Source of the DNA: Selaginella moellendorffii
Lineage: Eukaryota > Plantae > Lycopodiophyta
Reading direction: 5' to 3'
DNA: 64,000 nucleotides
NCBI RefSeq assembly: GCF_000143415.4
Contig: NW_003314301.1
Location: 1,542,981 to 1,606,980, forward strand
Notes under the pieces: generated by a model
The model's input: only the letters and a program-made list of their open reading frames with translations
Database searches by the model: none
Told to the model about the DNA's origin: nothing
Made by a program: the position numbers and the translations under genes
In this document: positions 46,036-61,531 of the stretch, piece by piece
Layout: every line of letters starts with the position of its first letter
Position numbering within the stretch: the first letter of the stretch is position 1

Positions 46036-46931
46036 TTAGAGCTTGTCAATCATCTTGTTCAAGGAGGAGGTCATCTCTTGAATGGCGTGAACCATGGCCT
46101 CGAGGTGTGATTCGTGCTTCTCGCACATCCTCTCTTGCATCTGGATCACGATCTTGGTGTTCTTCTCCAAGATCGCCTCGAGCCTGTCCATGCTATCCTC
46201 CGCCGGCGCCGGCTTGGGCCGCTTCCTCTTCCCGGACGAAGAAATCCCCTGCTCGTCGTTGGACGATGGAGCTACAAGTTCGCGATCAATCACGAATCAA
46301 ACCAAGAGAAGAACTTGAGCTCACCGTTTGGGATCTGGAGCAATGGTGGACACAAATCCCCGGCCTGCAAGAACGCGGCAGCGGCGTGATCGTGAGCGCC
46401 ATCGTCCACCTGCGGCTGGCGCTTGAAGTGATGGTGCTGCTGGTGGACGATCCTCTCCGAATCATACACCGTGGGAGGCACTCCAGGCCTATTGGCGAGG
46501 AAGTGATCCAGCTCCTCGAAGATATCCTTGTCGAAAACCGGAGGAACGATGAGCTTGTTCTCGCGCTTCTCCTCCACGGACATGAGCCAGTAGGATTGCC
46601 GCGAGTTCCTGTTCTGCCAATCCTTGACTCTCTTGTAGTCTCGGACGATGTTCTGCCAGCGCTTGCGGCACTGCGATGCGTCGCGGACCACTCCAGCGTC
46701 CTCGCATTTCTTGGAGATCCTCTTCCACTTTTGCTCCTTGTTGACGATCTGGCCGCGGCTCGCCGCCTCGGCCACCTCCTGCTCGTAGACGCGCTTGGCC
46801 TGGACGAGCGTGATGGTCTCGTCCTTGAGCCAGCGCGAGGCGCGCGTGGATCGCAGCGCGACCTCGCCGCCCTCCATCGCGTCGTGGAGATGATCCTGGG
46901 GGATCGGCGTCGCGCAGGAATCGTCGTCCAT
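46036..46931 (-). CDS. Trihelix (Myb/SANT-like) transcription factor
   Basis: 'RWLKDETITLV...EQKWKRISKKC...RDASQCRKRWQNIVRDYKRVKDWQ...SYWLMSVEEKRE.KL...FD', one intron, C-terminal coiled coil. Confidence 0.9.
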
Positions 46932-47315
46932 GATCTGAGAAGCAAGAGAGAGGATTATCTGGAGCGAAATATTTCGAGAAGTGCTCGAGGAAATTTCTGG
47001 CTCCAGCGACGATGCAAATGCGCGAATTGTATAGCGAGAGAATGCTCCATCCAAGAATCTATGGATCTAAGCTAGGGTTCTTCCGGCGCTCGGCAGTGGC
47101 CATACCTCAAACACTCGCCCTAGAAACGGCCATGGGAGGCCATTGGCTCGCGGAGCTTGCCGAGAGACTGGTGTCCTCCACGCAGATTGCGCCTCGCTCC
47201 CTTTAGACCGAGACTTCCAGAATTAGGGCACGAAAGGGGGAGATTATTTCACATTATTCCATCAAAACGTTTTACAAAACAAAAATTTTTCCATCCAGTT
47301 CGTTGGTTTCTTCGT

Positions 47316-48642
47316 TTAGTTCACGACATCGAACACGAGTCTCCGCGCCTTCATGGGAGCGAACCTCCATCTCTTGGTGTAGGTAATTCCGAAGAACATT
47401 AGGACTATAGCGAACAACCACTTGGATCCACTCTAGAAAACCAAAGCCACGACATCAGTGACTTAAGATCGAAGAACGAGAAGAGTGAAAGATTAACTCA
47501 CCAGTTTGCGCTCGTCCATCTCTGGCTCTGCTGCCCAGGCGAGGAAACAAACCACATCTTTGGCCATCTGATAGATACGAGCAAGAGAAAATTAGCCAAG
47601 ATTTTTCGGAGAGATCATAGAAACCTGAGAGGCAGTCGCGGGAGTCCCGTCCTCGTACTCAACAGCCCCATCCATCAAAATCTGTGGCATTGCAATGGCA
47701 CCCCCGGGGAAGTATGGATTGTAGTGAAGTCCGTCTCTGATCTATCAAAAGGTGAAGAAAGAAAAAAGCTTCATTCCGGAAAAAAAATCTAGCTTACCTT
47801 GACTCCAGCGGGAGGCTCGCGATAGCCAGTGAGCAAAGAGAAAACGTAGTCATCACCACTGAACCTGGCCTGCAAGAAGAAATGCGCAAAACTTGAAGAA
47901 AGAAACAAAGAAAGCGTCTAGCGTGTACCTTCGTCATCAAGCTCAAGTCTGGAGGATACGCTCCTCCATTCGCTGCTCGAGCAGCTTGCTCATTCGGATA
48001 TGGAGCCGGCAGGAAATCGTTGGGTCTTCCGGGGCGAGTGAACATCTCCCCCTCATCGTTGGGCCCATCAGTCACCTCAATTTCGGCCGACATAGCCTTC
48101 ACCTCCTCCTCCGTGTAAGCCACACCGATAAGATGGCGGTATGAGATGTATTGCATGCTGTGGCACGCAGCACAGACTTGGGCATAGACTTGATGCCCGC
48201 GACGGATCCTATCAAAAAATGTAGGAAAGAAAAAGGTGAGCAAATCTTGAGATTAAAAAAAAAAAGAACTTACGATGCGTGATCCTGTGCCTCGAAAAAC
48301 CCATTGTAAGGCCACTTGTATGATGGCGGGGGCAAGCCATGATCCGCCTCGTCGGCATAGACGTAGCCAGCAGCAGCAAACACGCTCGTTGCCGCGGCTC
48401 CCAAGAGCGCGAGGCCATTGCGGAGATTATGCCCCCGTTCTTCGTCTTGGAGCTTGGATGATGCTGCTAAAACCCCAGCAGTCTGGAAATCCCCAAAAAG
48501 ATCGCATTGCATCAGATCCACTGCCATTGCCCGCCACTGGGATTACACCACAAACCTTGCTCGCAGCTGCGCCATCTTGAGCCAGTAGTGTCGCGCGCGC
48601 TCCAAGAATCCGATTGAAAAGAGAGCGCCGGGCCGCCGCCAT
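47316..48642 (-). CDS. CYC1: Mitochondrial cytochrome c1
   Basis: '[18 protein letters not shown]' heme motif, '[12 protein letters not shown]', '[12 protein letters not shown]', C-terminal TM helix. Confidence 0.97.
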
Positions 48643-48789
48643 GACCTCGCCCAATGCGAGTGAGAGCGTAGTTAGCCCTAAGAATGTGAGAACATATGCC
48701 GTTTAATGATCACATATTCTGCTTTAGAACCGCACATTCCGTTTAGAGAAGAATATGCGTTTCGTGTTCTAGGGTTTCGTCGTCGCGGG

Positions 48790-50558
48790 ATGCCGGTGCC
48801 CGAGGAGAGAGCTGCCGCCGCCATTGCTCAAGCATGCGTTGCCCTGCGGCGACGCAAGGCCGTCGAGGAAGGAGCTCATGCATCGCTGGTCGCGGCGCTT
48901 GATCGGGCGCTCACGAATCAGGTTCGATTTCGCGATTGTTTCTGTGGCATCTTAGCTCAAGAGGAGGCGCGGCATTGAAATTCAGGGCACGGAGATCCAG
49001 GAGAAGATGGAATCTCTTCAGCAGGAGCTGTCCCAGAGCTACAAAACCCAGGCTCATGTGTCGGAGCAGCTCGTCGTAGAGATGCAAACGGCGCAAGCTC
49101 TACGAGCGCAACTGGCCGAGAAGGACGCGCTTGTTTTGGAGATCCAACACGAGCTAAGCTCCGCGAGGTACTTGGTCACTCTTGAATCGATCATTTCTTA
49201 TGTAGCTCTAGCTATCTCCACCCATTCGCTCCACAAAAGCTTGACATGAGTTTTAACATCCTACAGGACATGGCAGGGCGCGTATAAGCCAATTGGAGAA
49301 GGACTTTGAAGCAAAGGAGAACGCTGTTCTTGTGCTCGTCGAGGAGCTCACACAGCTAAAGCTCCGAGTGAAAGAGCTCGAATCGAGCCTCCAAGCCATA
49401 GAGGCTGAGAACAATATGCTTGTTGATCGCTGGATGACGCAGAAAATGCAAGACGCTGATCGACTTAATGAGGTATGAACTTGCGTTTTTCTTCCAGCTT
49501 TTGCTAACTTGCTTCTCTCATTTTGCTTCAAGGCTAACGCCATGTATGCTGACATGATGGAACGCTGCAAGATCAACAGCCTTGCCGAGCTAGCGAAGCT
49601 CCAAGTCGACGGCATTGTAAGGCACTCGGAAGCTGGCGCCGAGAGCTACATGACGCTGGGCGCGCCGAGCAAAGTCCGCCACACACTTCGTGCTCACGAC
49701 AAGGGAGGCTGCGCCGCCATCATCTTCGAGCACAGCAGCGACACCCTCCTCACCGCCGGGCACGACGGCATCGTAAAGTTCTGGGACACTCAGCGCGGAG
49801 GAACTCCCACGAAAACTCTCACCGGCGCTCTCGGCTCAGTACTGGACTTGGCACTCACCCCGGAGAACAACATGGTTCTCGGCGGCTGCAGCGATCACAA
49901 GCTCTACCTCTGGGACTCCCGCTCCGGCCGAGTGAAGCACGTCCTCACAGGCCACACCGAGAAAGTCACCTCCGTGGACATCAGCAACGTGAGAGCCGCG
50001 AGCACGGCCTCGGACAGGACCATCAAGACTTGGGACCTCCAAACGGGCTACAGCCTCCACACGATGATCTTCCACAGCAACTGCAACTCTCTCTGCATCT
50101 CCTCCGACGGCGCAGCGATTTGCTCCGGCCACACGGACGGGATCTTGCGCTTCTGGGACACCCGAACAGGGAAGCTGGCCAAGGAGCTCACGGCTCACGA
50201 GCCACAGGCCATAACTTCGGTGTCGCTGTCCCGGAGTGGCTTGACGGTGCTCACCAGCGGCAAGGACAACGTCCTCAAGCTCTTCGACGTGAGGAGCTTG
50301 GAGCTCAAGGCGACTTTCAGGGGGCCGGGCTACACGGTGGCGACGAGCTTGAGCCGATCGTGCTTGAGCCGGGACGAGAACTATGTGGCGGCGGGCTCCG
50401 GCGATGGAAGCGTTTGTATCTGGAATCGCCGCTCCTGGGAGGTGGAGAGCGTGCTCAAAGGCGGGCATGGGAGCGCGGTGGTGGCGTGTGCTTGGAGCCC
50501 AGCCAGTAAGTCACTGGCCTCGGCCGATAGAAATGGTGTGGTGTGTGTGTGGGAGTGA
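48790..50558 (+). CDS. ATG16: Autophagy-related protein 16 (coiled coil + WD40)
   Basis: Coiled coil 'AENNMLVDRWMTQKMQDADRLNEAN', 'QVDGIVR' and seven WD40-like repeats. Confidence 0.92.
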
Positions 50559-50578
50559 AAGTGTGGTAGCCGGGAAGG

Positions 50579-50710
50579 GGATATTCCTGCGCCGCTGGTG
50601 GAATATGCGAATTCACGAGTCCTCCATTTCTAACTAGTAGGAATGCGTTAGCGGAGAGGGGAGTTAGGGTATTCGCAGGGAGGAGCAACGATGGATCAAT
50701 CCATAAGGTT
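50579..50710 (+). repeat. Degenerate duplicate of the copine promoter/5'UTR segment at 51460-51686
   Basis: Shared blocks GGATATTCCTG, CTGGTGGAATATGCGAATTCACGAG, TCCATTTCTAA, GGAGTTAGGG.ATTCGCAG.GAGGAGCA and GATC.ATCCAT.AGGT. Confidence 0.8.
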
Positions 50711-52069
50711 TGGCCTATGGTTCTCAGTCACACTGATTTTCTCTTTTTCTTGAAAAATGTAAGAACGGGAGATATGAACAAAAGCAAGCAGATTTTTTAG
50801 ACAAATGTAAGCAGATACAAAATTTGTTTGCTTTTTTCTCCCGTACTTCTATTTTTCAAAGAGTAAACGAAGTTCTTAACGTTGTCACGCTGATTTTGTA
50901 TTATCTATTCTGTCTCTTGCATGAACCAATGTATATTTGCTTCTCCATACAGAGATGCAAATTTACATTGGTTCATGCAGCAAAGATCTTCAAAACAACT
51001 ATCAGAAGAAGAAGAAGAAGAAAGAAAATGAAAGTCACTTGGGATAATGTATAGCCATGTTTGCTTGCATCCAAGTTGCAAGCAATTTCTGTTCTCATTG
51101 AGCTCAACTTGCGTGATCTTTTAACAAATGTGCCACCCCTAAGATCAACCGAGCTTACATCAAGTTCTGTGGTTAAAACCACTCAGAATACTGACGTTTT
51201 CCAGATTATTTGGAAAGATCTAACAATTAACTCCATTGGACAACAGAGAATTTAGAATACAAGTTTGTGAGAATCTTACATGTTTGCACTGAGGCGATGT
51301 GATGGAAAAGAACCTCTGGCATATCTTATGTCCATTCTAACAGTTCGATGTCACAGTTTTCTCGAACTTTCCAGCCAAGCAGATCGGCACAAAGCTTAGC
51401 TTTTAATCCGGGGTTTAACCGGGGTTTATGCCTGGCGGAATGTTCTTCCACCGTTAAACGGATATTCCTGCTGGTGGAATATGCGAATTCACGAGACACT
51501 GGGTTTTAGTAAAAGACTAGGTTCATATCGAGTCGTCCATTTCTAATCCCTCCCTCTCCTCGGCTTTGAATGTCGATGCGCGGCCAGGGCGAGCGAATGC
51601 GCAGCGGCGAGTGGAGTTAGGGCATTCGCAGCGAGGAGCAGCGGGCTATGAAGCTGGATTCGGCATCGATCGATCCATGAGGTGAGTGAGGCGGCTCTGT
51701 TTGGGGGGGGCGGGGAGATTTTGTTATTTCGAGTGGAATTCGTGGCTTCTCGGGAGGCGCGCTGTGGAAATATCGCCCTCTCAAGATCCAGCCGGGGCGC
51801 ATTGATCGTGAAATCAGGAAATTCGTTCATCAGTAGCATCTGGAAAGAGCTTTTCCGTATAGTTTTTTTTTTCTTTTTTTCGCTCTTACAGTGGGGGATG
51901 GGGACGTTTGCAATTTGCATGCTTTGTATGACGAGACAAGGGATTTTTTTTTTTATTATTCTCATGCTTTAGTCTGTGCTTGGTTTTGACTGGACTTCTT
52001 TATGGATTTCCTCTTGCAATGACAGATATGAGAGTTTAGTAGTGGAATGCACGAGTTGAGTTGTTGAGG

Positions 52070-54649
<2,580 letters not shown>

Positions 54650-56499
54650 CTATTGATTTTTGGGTATGATTCTTTTATCATCTTTTAAAATCTTTTAATG
54701 GCCTTCTAATATTTACCAACAAAAGTTGATTTTACTAATGTATATATGTGTTGTTTTTAAATCTTTACACACCAAAGCATCTATTCACATTACTGAACTC
54801 ATATTTTTTTTGTTGAGTTGTATGAAAACTATTATGCACACAATCACATTTAAATTACTTTTGTGTATAATATTTTTGTGATGGTTGTACAATGTATACA
54901 TGGGGCATGATAGTTCAGTTTATGACTTATGTCATTTGCAATTTCAAATGGACTTTTATAAAAATTTCACCATAGTGAGATATAATGATATTATAACATC
55001 ATTATATTTCTATGAATGTTTAATAGTCTCAAACTATTCTTTTTAATCACATTCTTTGGTTTCAATATTTTTTGTTGACTTTTTTGTTCTTCTTTATAAC
55101 CACATGCAACTAAAGGGCTAAAGAATAAGATGCAATTTAAGATGATAAATATTCTTGCAAATGCAATATTTATAATTATGAAGATCAATACAGAATTTCA
55201 AACTCTTGATAAAGTTTTGGCACCATGTAATTTGTCCACTTGATAAGTTTTGCTCAGATTAATATATTAATAAAAAATGTAACACATATAGTGTTTAAAG
55301 TTTTTAACTAAATCCACAAAATAATGTAGTTGGATATATAAGTTAAATTTATCAAATATAAATTTAAATAAATAATTAAAAAAATTAATCAGAAACATAT
55401 AAATAATTTATTTAATAGTAATAGTAAGTATATTCAGTAGTAACAAGAATATTATATAAATAAGAAATATGACTGATTTATCAAATTATAAGTTTAAATG
55501 GAACAAAATTAATTACATAAATCCAATTCAAACCAAAAATAATAATAAATAATAAATTTTAATTACAAAATAAAACTATTATAAAAAGTTTAAATAATAG
55601 GTATTTAATATTTTGCATTAACATAATGCTAGTGGGAAGTGGTAAAACATTATAACTTATTCATGTTAGAAATCTATAAATATATGTTTAATTTTAAATT
55701 TTATTTATTTATACTTTTAATATTTTATTCCATTTCGGTATAGAATATTTGCTATTATATAGTGCACATAAAAATATTTTTATAAAATTGCTAGTTAATA
55801 ATTATTTTTAATTAACTCGTTATCTTCTCTACTTGCTGAAAAACTTTAGGTAATTGCTATTATTTTAAAAATTCTCAAAACAATTTTTCATAAAATCAAT
55901 ACTAATGTATGATAATGTTTTTTAAAATTAATGTTTTTTTGTAAAACATATAAATCCCAAAAATTAAAATAACATAAATATTTAAAAGTAACTATGTTGA
56001 AACTTTTATAAGATAAACTGATAAAAACTTCCACTTTGAAACCTTGTGTTTTAAAACTTTAATCTTGATATTCCCACTTATCATAATAATCTATTAATCA
56101 TTATTTTATCTCTATACTTATTCCACAATTGCTTCTTTGAGAGTTCCATTCTTGCTCTCAACTTTTAAAATAAAAGTTTTAGTTTAAAGTATATTACAAT
56201 TGTTAGAATTTTAAAAGTTTTAGTTAAAAGTATGTTACAATTGTTGGATTTCCATTTCAGCCAGTACCACATAACACACCTTAAGCTCCATTTTTCAACT
56301 TGGGAATTTGTGTTTTATAGCCTTGAGTTGCTTTAATTTATAATTTGAGTAGAGACTTATACAAAAAAAACTAATTGTAAAGCACTGATGAGGAAGATGA
56401 AGTTGACAGTGGCAAAATTGGTGGTAAAAGTGGCACCCATATCCCACAAAAATTCTTATTCCAAATTCCACACATCAAATCACCTAAAACCCTAACTTT

Positions 56500-57050
56500 G
56501 TGTTGCCATTTCTCTCAATCCTTTTGCAAATTCATAGGGTGAGCAAGTTAAGAAGTCACTTTTTGTGTGCCAAAAATGTGAGCTTGTGACCATACTCTAT
56601 AGAATAGGCTTAGAATATTCCTTGTCACTTACACCTATCACATAGATTGCAGTACCTTCTATGCGCAAATATCAATCAACACACTTTGATTAATTATTTG
56701 GAATTGTGTCTAGCTCTTGCTTGTAAAGGAGCTGTCATTGCTACCAATGTCAATGTAGCTAGCAATCAAATACATCCATCCCACCAAATTCACCTCTAGT
56801 ATTTTGTCAAAGAAATCTTGTGCCTCCAGCATTTGCCCCCATCAGGCAAATGCCAGTAGCATTGTTGTCCAGATCAAAAGATTATCATGTTCCAGGAGAC
56901 TATGTTTTACAGTGGTATCAAATCAAACATTCCCTTGTTGATTGAAGATGTGGCATAGCCTGTGATCATGGCATTCCAGGATAACACATTCTTCATAGGC
57001 ATTGAATAAAACATTGCCTTTGCTTGGATTGGGTGTAGGCTGCCACCATT
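56500..57050 (-). pseudogene. Decayed PPR gene fragment
   Basis: The minus strand reads AKAMFYSMPMKNVLSWNAMITGYA...MFDLIPL*NIVSWNMII with stops. Confidence 0.65.
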
Positions 57051-57992
57051 ATGGTCTAGGAAACAGGGTTTTGATCAATCTTGCACTTTGAGTAAGTAAA
57101 TGCTGCAATTAAAATGTTTCACACTAGATTTTTTCAAATGCAACCATCGCTTTATTGGGACTGTCACACTTTCTAAGTGTTGTGTGCTATGAGATTGCTA
57201 TTACATACAAATGCATGGATTTATCTGCCTAATGCTAGCTTCCATTTTATTGCACATATTTGTAGCTCTATTGCAATATCCTATCACCATGGCACTTGGA
57301 GTGTATCTATACATATTTCTAATAGTAGGGATTATACTTTCTATGCTGTTTTAACTGTTTAAATTATAGGTTTTTAAATCTATATAGCTGTGATTTATAG
57401 TAACATCATGTAAAATATAGCATCAGAGTTAACTCTAAAAACATTTATATGTTGCTTTATTTCTTAAATGTTATGATGTGTACTATTTTAATTTTTGAAG
57501 TTTACCATATAAAATCATCGAATCATCCTCTTCTAATCAGTTATATATGTTTTCTTCTAGATGTTTTGCTTTTATCCAAACAACAAACCATAAAACATTT
57601 ACATATATATTTTCCACTCATTGATAGCTTCAAAACTTTTGATTGCTGAAAGGAAACATTTAAAAATAATAAAATCCTCTGAAAAAAAAAGATTTTAATA
57701 GCATAAGATATGCTTGTTGAGAGAATTGTTTTGAAAGACTATCAATCTAAAAGTGCATAGTTACAATCAACAATCAAAAGAACCAAAAATGGATCTATCC
57801 AAATTAGTGCTTGATTTAACTTCACTATTGGTTTATAAACTAATATAATCTTTTTTGTTATAATATGTAATTAACATTTTATTATTACCTAGAAATCCAT
57901 CAAGTGTCATATGAATAAAATATTTTAGAGATTGCCACTTGTTGTCTAGTATTAAGTATAAACAATCACTTCCAACATCTTGAATAGAGGAT

Positions 57993-58008
57993 TATATCTA
58001 TATATATA

Positions 58009-58063
<55 letters not shown>
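57993..58063. repeat. (TA)n microsatellite
   Basis: About 35 TA units with two interruptions. Confidence 0.98.
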
Positions 58064-58066
<3 letters not shown>

Positions 58067-59723
58067 TAATATGTTGAGGATCTTAGGTCTTTTGACCACT
58101 CTTGAGCTCACAAGCTGAGTTCAAATTTCAGTTGTAGTTTAAAGTTAACATTATAAACTTTATAATGTCTACAAAATTTGTAATTTAAAAATTAAGGTTT
58201 ATAGTGGATCTAGCTGTGTTCTATATTTTTAATATCTTTTTGCATATTATATAAATAAACATAGTGTGAGGTTGAAGTGTACAGCTACGATGCCATATAC
58301 TAATATTAGCATAATGGGATTTTGGTAGCCATCAGATTGATTTCAATCCAAACCACTTGCTCTTGTATATAAGCTAGAGTTTTTAGGCTAATTGATATGT
58401 ATATTTTTTGTATTCCCTTCCCATATTTTATACACTCATATTAGTGGAGGTGAGGGGTATTTCTGGTTTTCCCTAAGGAGTGCTTGGATTTGGGATTTTG
58501 GTTTAGATCTAACTTTTGCATTATCTAAATCTCCTTTTTGTCTAACTTCTTTTCTTTTACTATTTCCTTTTCATTCATCTTCATGGTAGAGTAACAATCT
58601 CCTCCTCCTTTGACTCTGGAACAACAGTTAGTGCAATTGTTTGATGCTATATAATTGTAGTAGAACAACCAAACTTGGTTGATAGTAACATTCACAGCAC
58701 GTGGTATAGCTTCTCTTGCTCTTAGTGCCAATCTTCGCGTTTGGCTGGAGTTCTTTCATGGGAATCCTAGGGATGATATGTATCATTGGTTCGATGGTTC
58801 ATAGTGATTTCTATATATCGTTCTTAGAATAATTCTTGACATTCGCATGAGTTTCCCACATGTTTCTAAGGGACGACACTGCAGTGATATAATGGTTTGA
58901 GTGCAGCCATTTGTGAGGATTAGAATATTCTCCCAGACGTATTCAAATGCACATTTGGACATGTTGATGATTGTGATGATGTCTTCCAACAATTGCATTG
59001 TCTTTGTCAATGGCTATCTGAGTTAGTGATGCAATTTGGCATTTGTTTCCAAAGCTTCTTGCTTTATGCAAAGCAAATATGTTGAAGCGGATCAAGCTAA
59101 AAATGTTATGGCTAAAATTTCATGAAGATCTTATAAGACTTATGCATGCATTTGCTCTAGCCACTTTTGACAATGCCCTTCATTTGGCACAACATTATGA
59201 GATGTCACCTCTTCTTTTAGCTGCACATCTTTCAGCTCCACTCCTTATGGGAGATAGTCATGTTCCAATGGAGGTTGATGATGCTACTGCTCAAGTTCAA
59301 GGACAAGGGCAAGGATGTAGTTGTGGTTGTACTGTTTGTTGCTAGGCGTGTGATGAAGTTGGTCATAATTATTAACATTATTGGCGTTTTTCGGATTAGC
59401 AACCTCCATTTCTTGGGTGGAGACTTTGGCATCAACAATGTTTTGTTAGTGCTACTACAGTGGAAAATCTGGACACTGAGATGCATCCATAAAACAAAGA
59501 GTCAAGTGAGTAATAGAGGGAATTTGCACAAATAAGTTAGTGACCCTCCATTTTTCTTTTAGAAGTATCATCAAGAAGTTCACTCGGCATTAGTTCATTC
59601 ATTGTTTACTTTCCAAACTTGTTTTTATAACAAAATGTCTTCTATTATTCTCTCCGTGTTGATTGATACAGGTTTGAGTTTATCTTCTATTGCTCAACTT
59701 GTTGCCATACATTGCCATCTACA

Positions 59724-61314
59724 TGTGAGACACAAAATCCCTAGGCCCCAAAGTGGAGCCAAAAGGGTGCCACATTTTAGTGGCCGAAGCGAAAGCCAAA
59801 CGAACGTAACACTTTTGGACCAAAAGCTTCGACTTGAAAGGTCAAGAGAGGGAATGGAACTCCCAAAGAAGTGCTCAAGGAACAAGCACAAAGCAAGAAA
59901 TAAGTGAGTCTCTAGAAAAGGGACACAAAAGGACCCGAGATGGAGTCCGAGATGGAGTCCGAGATAAACCTGACATAGAGTCCGAGATGGACCCAACATG
60001 GAGTTCGAGATGGAGTCCGAGATGGACCCGAGATGGAGTCCGAGATAGACTGAGATGGACCTGAGATGGAGTCCGAGATAGAGTCCGAGATGGACCTGAG
60101 ATGGAGTCTAAAATGGAGTCCAAGATGGAATCCGAGATGGAGTCCAAGGACCCGAGATGGAGTCTGAACTCGAGATCAAGACCAAGACCAAGACCGACAT
60201 CGAGACCAAGACCGGGACCGAGACCGAGGCCGAGGCCGAGGCCAAGACTGAGCCCAAGCCCAAGCCCGCGTCCGAGTCCAAGTCCGAGTCCGAGTCCAAG
60301 TTTGAGTCTAAGGGGGTGAAAGCCCAAAGCGTTCGTCTCCCAGACCCTGGGGGGTTTGGTGAGCTCCAAAAGTATAATAGGGGGAGGACTCTAGTGGAGC
60401 CAGTTTGGCCAGGAAAGGCCAGTTTGGCCCAGGAAGGCTATACCTAGGTGTTGGGTGATGGGATAACCACTGAGAAGTCCAAAGCTAGAGTGAATACGGA
60501 CCGATAAGTGGGGTAGTTTGGTGAAGTGTTCAAGAGCCGACTCTAGTTCCCCCGGAAGATCTAATGGTCGATGCTCCCAGTCCAAGTGTGGGTGGCACTA
60601 CCTACTTGGATACCTGGCATGGCTCAACGGAACGTCGCTCTAAGCCCATGGCTAGAGCACCCAAAGGTGAGGTGGAAGGCGGGGAGAGTACCCATGAGGC
60701 TCACATAGGGCCACGGTGTTCCAAAATGTTGTCCCAAAGGCCTAGACTGTGAAAAAGAAGAGGAGTAGTCCTTTGGTGTAGTGACCAAGGATACAATCGT
60801 GTGGTGAGGAAGTCCCAGAGGACCATGGGACTTAGTGGTCGGGCCTATGGGCCTCGATCCAGTGGCAATGTTGGCGAACACGGCCATGGGCAGAAAGGGA
60901 TTTGGTGGGGACCGGAAAAGGGTTATTGGGGAAGGTTATTCCCCATGTCTGTGGGCATCCTAAGGATGCTAAGGAGTGGATTTGGGATGACCACTCATGG
61001 ATGGATGGCCTAGTCTTTGAGAGACAGGATTGTGATGTAGGTGGTGTTAGACTATTGATATGACCAATGTGAATGGGCATGGCTTTAGCGTAACGGGCTG
61101 ATATGTCAGTGGTACCTTGGGGTATTGGCCATGGGATTGGACATGTGGAGCACTTGGACCAAGTGCAATGGTTAAGTGGCATGGATGCCCTTCTTGGGGC
61201 TAGCAAGTCCCTAAGTCCAAAATAGGACTTATAGAGGTTGTGAGTGAGACTCCTCCATTTTGTCAGAGGTGTGGTTAAGTGACTAAAGTAGATTGGAAAA
61301 TTTAGTCGTTTACA
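59724..61314. mobile_element. Solo LTR (1591 bp) nested in the gypsy protease, containing 11/12-bp and 6-bp minisatellites
   Basis: TG...CA termini and perfect TSD CTACA (59719-59723, 61315-61319); removing it rejoins the host protease frame. Confidence 0.88.
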
Positions 61315-61531
61315 CTACATTTGTGTCATGTGACAAAGCTAGTTTTTATTCTTTATGGCAATAGTTGTATACACATATGTGCATGAGATGAGGCAAACCT
61401 AGTTGTGTATGTGGGTGATCTCGAGCTTGGGTTATAATCATTATGGGTGGTGCTGAATCAAGCTTTTGACCTCATCCTTGGTATGGATTAGTTGCAACGC
61501 AATCATGCCAAATGTAACTTTGAAGCTTCTC

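Noticed and set aside
44015-46036. TPP riboswitch near TH2
   Set aside because: No CTGAGA...ACCTGA...TAAT...CG.AGG-type aptamer consensus seen in the introns or flanks
45933-47075. 380-aa plus-strand ORF and similar long shadow ORFs (9145-10218, 32355-33224, 49836-50468)
   Set aside because: They are antisense to GC-rich real genes and have no recognisable motifs
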